A DNA stretch of 62,316 bases. Origin: Gemmatimonadota bacterium. Lineage in GTDB: Bacteria > 4572-55 > J002. The notes under the pieces are model-generated. The model worked only from the letters and a program-made list of their open reading frames with translations. It was not told the origin of the DNA and ran no database searches. The position numbers were made by a program, and so were the translations under genes. The stretch lies in assembly GCA_003697105.1 (NCBI GenBank), contig RFFQ01000075.1, positions 1 to 62,316 of the forward strand, read 5' to 3'. Positions 61,154-62,316 of the stretch are shown in pieces (position 1 is the stretch's first letter; the number at the start of each line of letters is the position of its first letter).

Positions 61154-62316
61154 ATGGACAACCGTAGCATCATAAAGCCTTTAATTGAGGGGTTCAGCTC
61201 AGAGAGATTGAGCAACCTCCTGCGCCGGATCGCCCCTGCTTTCCGGCCGGATACCAAGCTATTAGACGATTTTATCCAGGATGATTGGCCTTTTGATTCC
61301 GCACAAAAGCTAGGCGTCATCGAACTTCCGGGGTCTCAAACTATCCTGGTGGGCGTTGTTCATGTGGCGCGCGAACTGACTTCCCGCTCCAGCAAGAAGA
61401 CGCAGTACGAATTAGGCAAGCGCATCCTCAAGGCTTACAACAGTAACGGCGGCATCTTCGCTTTCTACGATGACAATGGACGCTTCCGTCTTTCCCTCAT
61501 CACCGTCACCTACTCCGGCACCCGCCGACAGTTCAGCACCTTCCGGCGCTACACCTTTTTCGTTGAGCCGGAGCTGCCCAACAAGACGTTTATCAACCAG
61601 ATCGGCCGGGCGGATTTTTCCAGCCTGGAGCAGATTCTGGAAGCCTTCTCCCTGGAAGTGGTCTCCGACGCCTTTTATCAGGAGTTTAAGCCCAAATTCG
61701 ATGCCATTGCCGCGGCAGTACAAGGAGCGAATGACGCAGCTTTGCAACAAGATTTCGCCTTGTTGTTTGCCATCCGGGTCATCTTCCTGGGATTTGTCCA
61801 AAAGAAAGGCTGGCTGGGGGACAACCCGAGCTTTTTACAAGACTTCTGGCAGGAATATCAGAATAGCAACCCGTCCGCAAATACCTTCTACAAGGATTGG
61901 CTGGAGCCGCTCTTCTTTGAAGCCCTCAACTCCCCACCCGGACGCAAGGTGGCTTATGGTAACGCACCCTTCTGCCAGAAGACCCAGACTGCCCTGCAAA
62001 TGGCACCTTATCTCAACGGCGAACTCTTCAAGCACAAGCAAGGCGTCGATGACCAGAGCCTATGGCTTCCCGATGACCTGATCGGCGACTTTTTCGACTT
62101 TCTCTTCCAGTACAACTTCACCGTGGAAGAAAACGAACTCTACGACGAGGAACTGGAACTCAATCCCGAATTCCTGGGCATCATCTTCGAGCGGCTGACC
62201 AATATGGACCAGGGTGCAGTTTACACCCCGCGCGTGGAAGTGGACTTGATGTGCCGTCTGGCTCTGGTGCAGTGGCTGGCGCAAAGCACCGACATTGATA
62301 AGCGCGACCTGTACCA
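61154..62316 (+). CDS. Type IIG / Eco57I-like restriction-modification protein, N-terminal part (runs off the window)
   Basis: Manually translated open frame from ATG 61154: MDNRSII...FRLSLI...RRYTFFV...EAFSLE...FY...RVIFLGFVQKKGWL...PYLNGELF...YNFTVEE...NPEFLGIIFE...GAVYTPR. Absent from the ORF track because it has no stop in the window. Confidence 0.8.
   Translation, partial: MDNRSIIKPLIEGFSSERLSNLLRRIAPAFRPDTKLLDDFIQDDWPFDSAQKLGVIELPGSQTILVGVVHVARELTSRSSKKTQYELGKRILKAYNSNGGIFAFYDDNGRFRLSLITVTYSGTRRQFSTFRRYTFFVEPELPNKTFINQIGRADFSSLEQILEAFSLEVVSDAFYQEFKPKFDAIAAAVQGANDAALQQDFALLFAIRVIFLGFVQKKGWLGDNPSFLQDFWQEYQNSNPSANTFYKDWLEPLFFEALNSPPGRKVAYGNAPFCQKTQTALQMAPYLNGELFKHKQGVDDQSLWLPDDLIGDFFDFLFQYNFTVEENELYDEELELNPEFLGIIFERLTNMDQGAVYTPRVEVDLMCRLALVQWLAQSTDIDKRDLY

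Noticed and set aside
61470-62081. 203-aa plus-strand ORF and minus-strand ORFs 61412..61801, 61835..62041, 62060..62284
   Set aside because: Shadow frames of the RM-like gene starting at 61154.

Overview
Bacterial chromosomal window of about 50% GC. The C-terminal N-x-PNPFNP/FlgD-like domains together with mcsA-mcsB-clpC, lolDE and lpxL suggest a diderm FCB-superphylum or candidate-phylum anaerobe (inference). From 0 to 24.4 kb it holds five large secreted proteins with FlgD/T9SS-like tails (two S8 subtilases, an M14 carboxypeptidase, an M12 reprolysin with FG-GAP/ASPIC domains, one hypothetical), a pilT / GGDEF-PilZ / pilB cassette, two tRNA-Ser genes and ppdK. From 24.5 to 52.6 kb there is a long minus-strand housekeeping and envelope run: orphan MTase, AsmA-like, dapF, lpxL, pta, clpC-mcsB-mcsA, lolDE, rho, murA, a GldAFG-type ABC system, rluA and comM. 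From 52.6 to 60.9 kb lies the main finding: a complete, frame-intact, translationally coupled type III-D-like CRISPR effector operon (cas10-cas7-csx10-cas11-cas7-cas7-csx19-cas7-Cas11-like/S1) behind a near-consensus promoter. Its catalytic signatures appear lost (Cas10 GGDD is NQDE, no HD domain, Cas7 catalytic-Asp loops mutated or deleted), the window has no CRISPR array, cas1/2, cas6 or CARF effector, and the operon runs directly into comM. A divergent type IIG (Eco57I-like) restriction-modification gene missing from the ORF track starts at 61154 and runs off the window. Family assignments come from motif recognition only; no database search was run.
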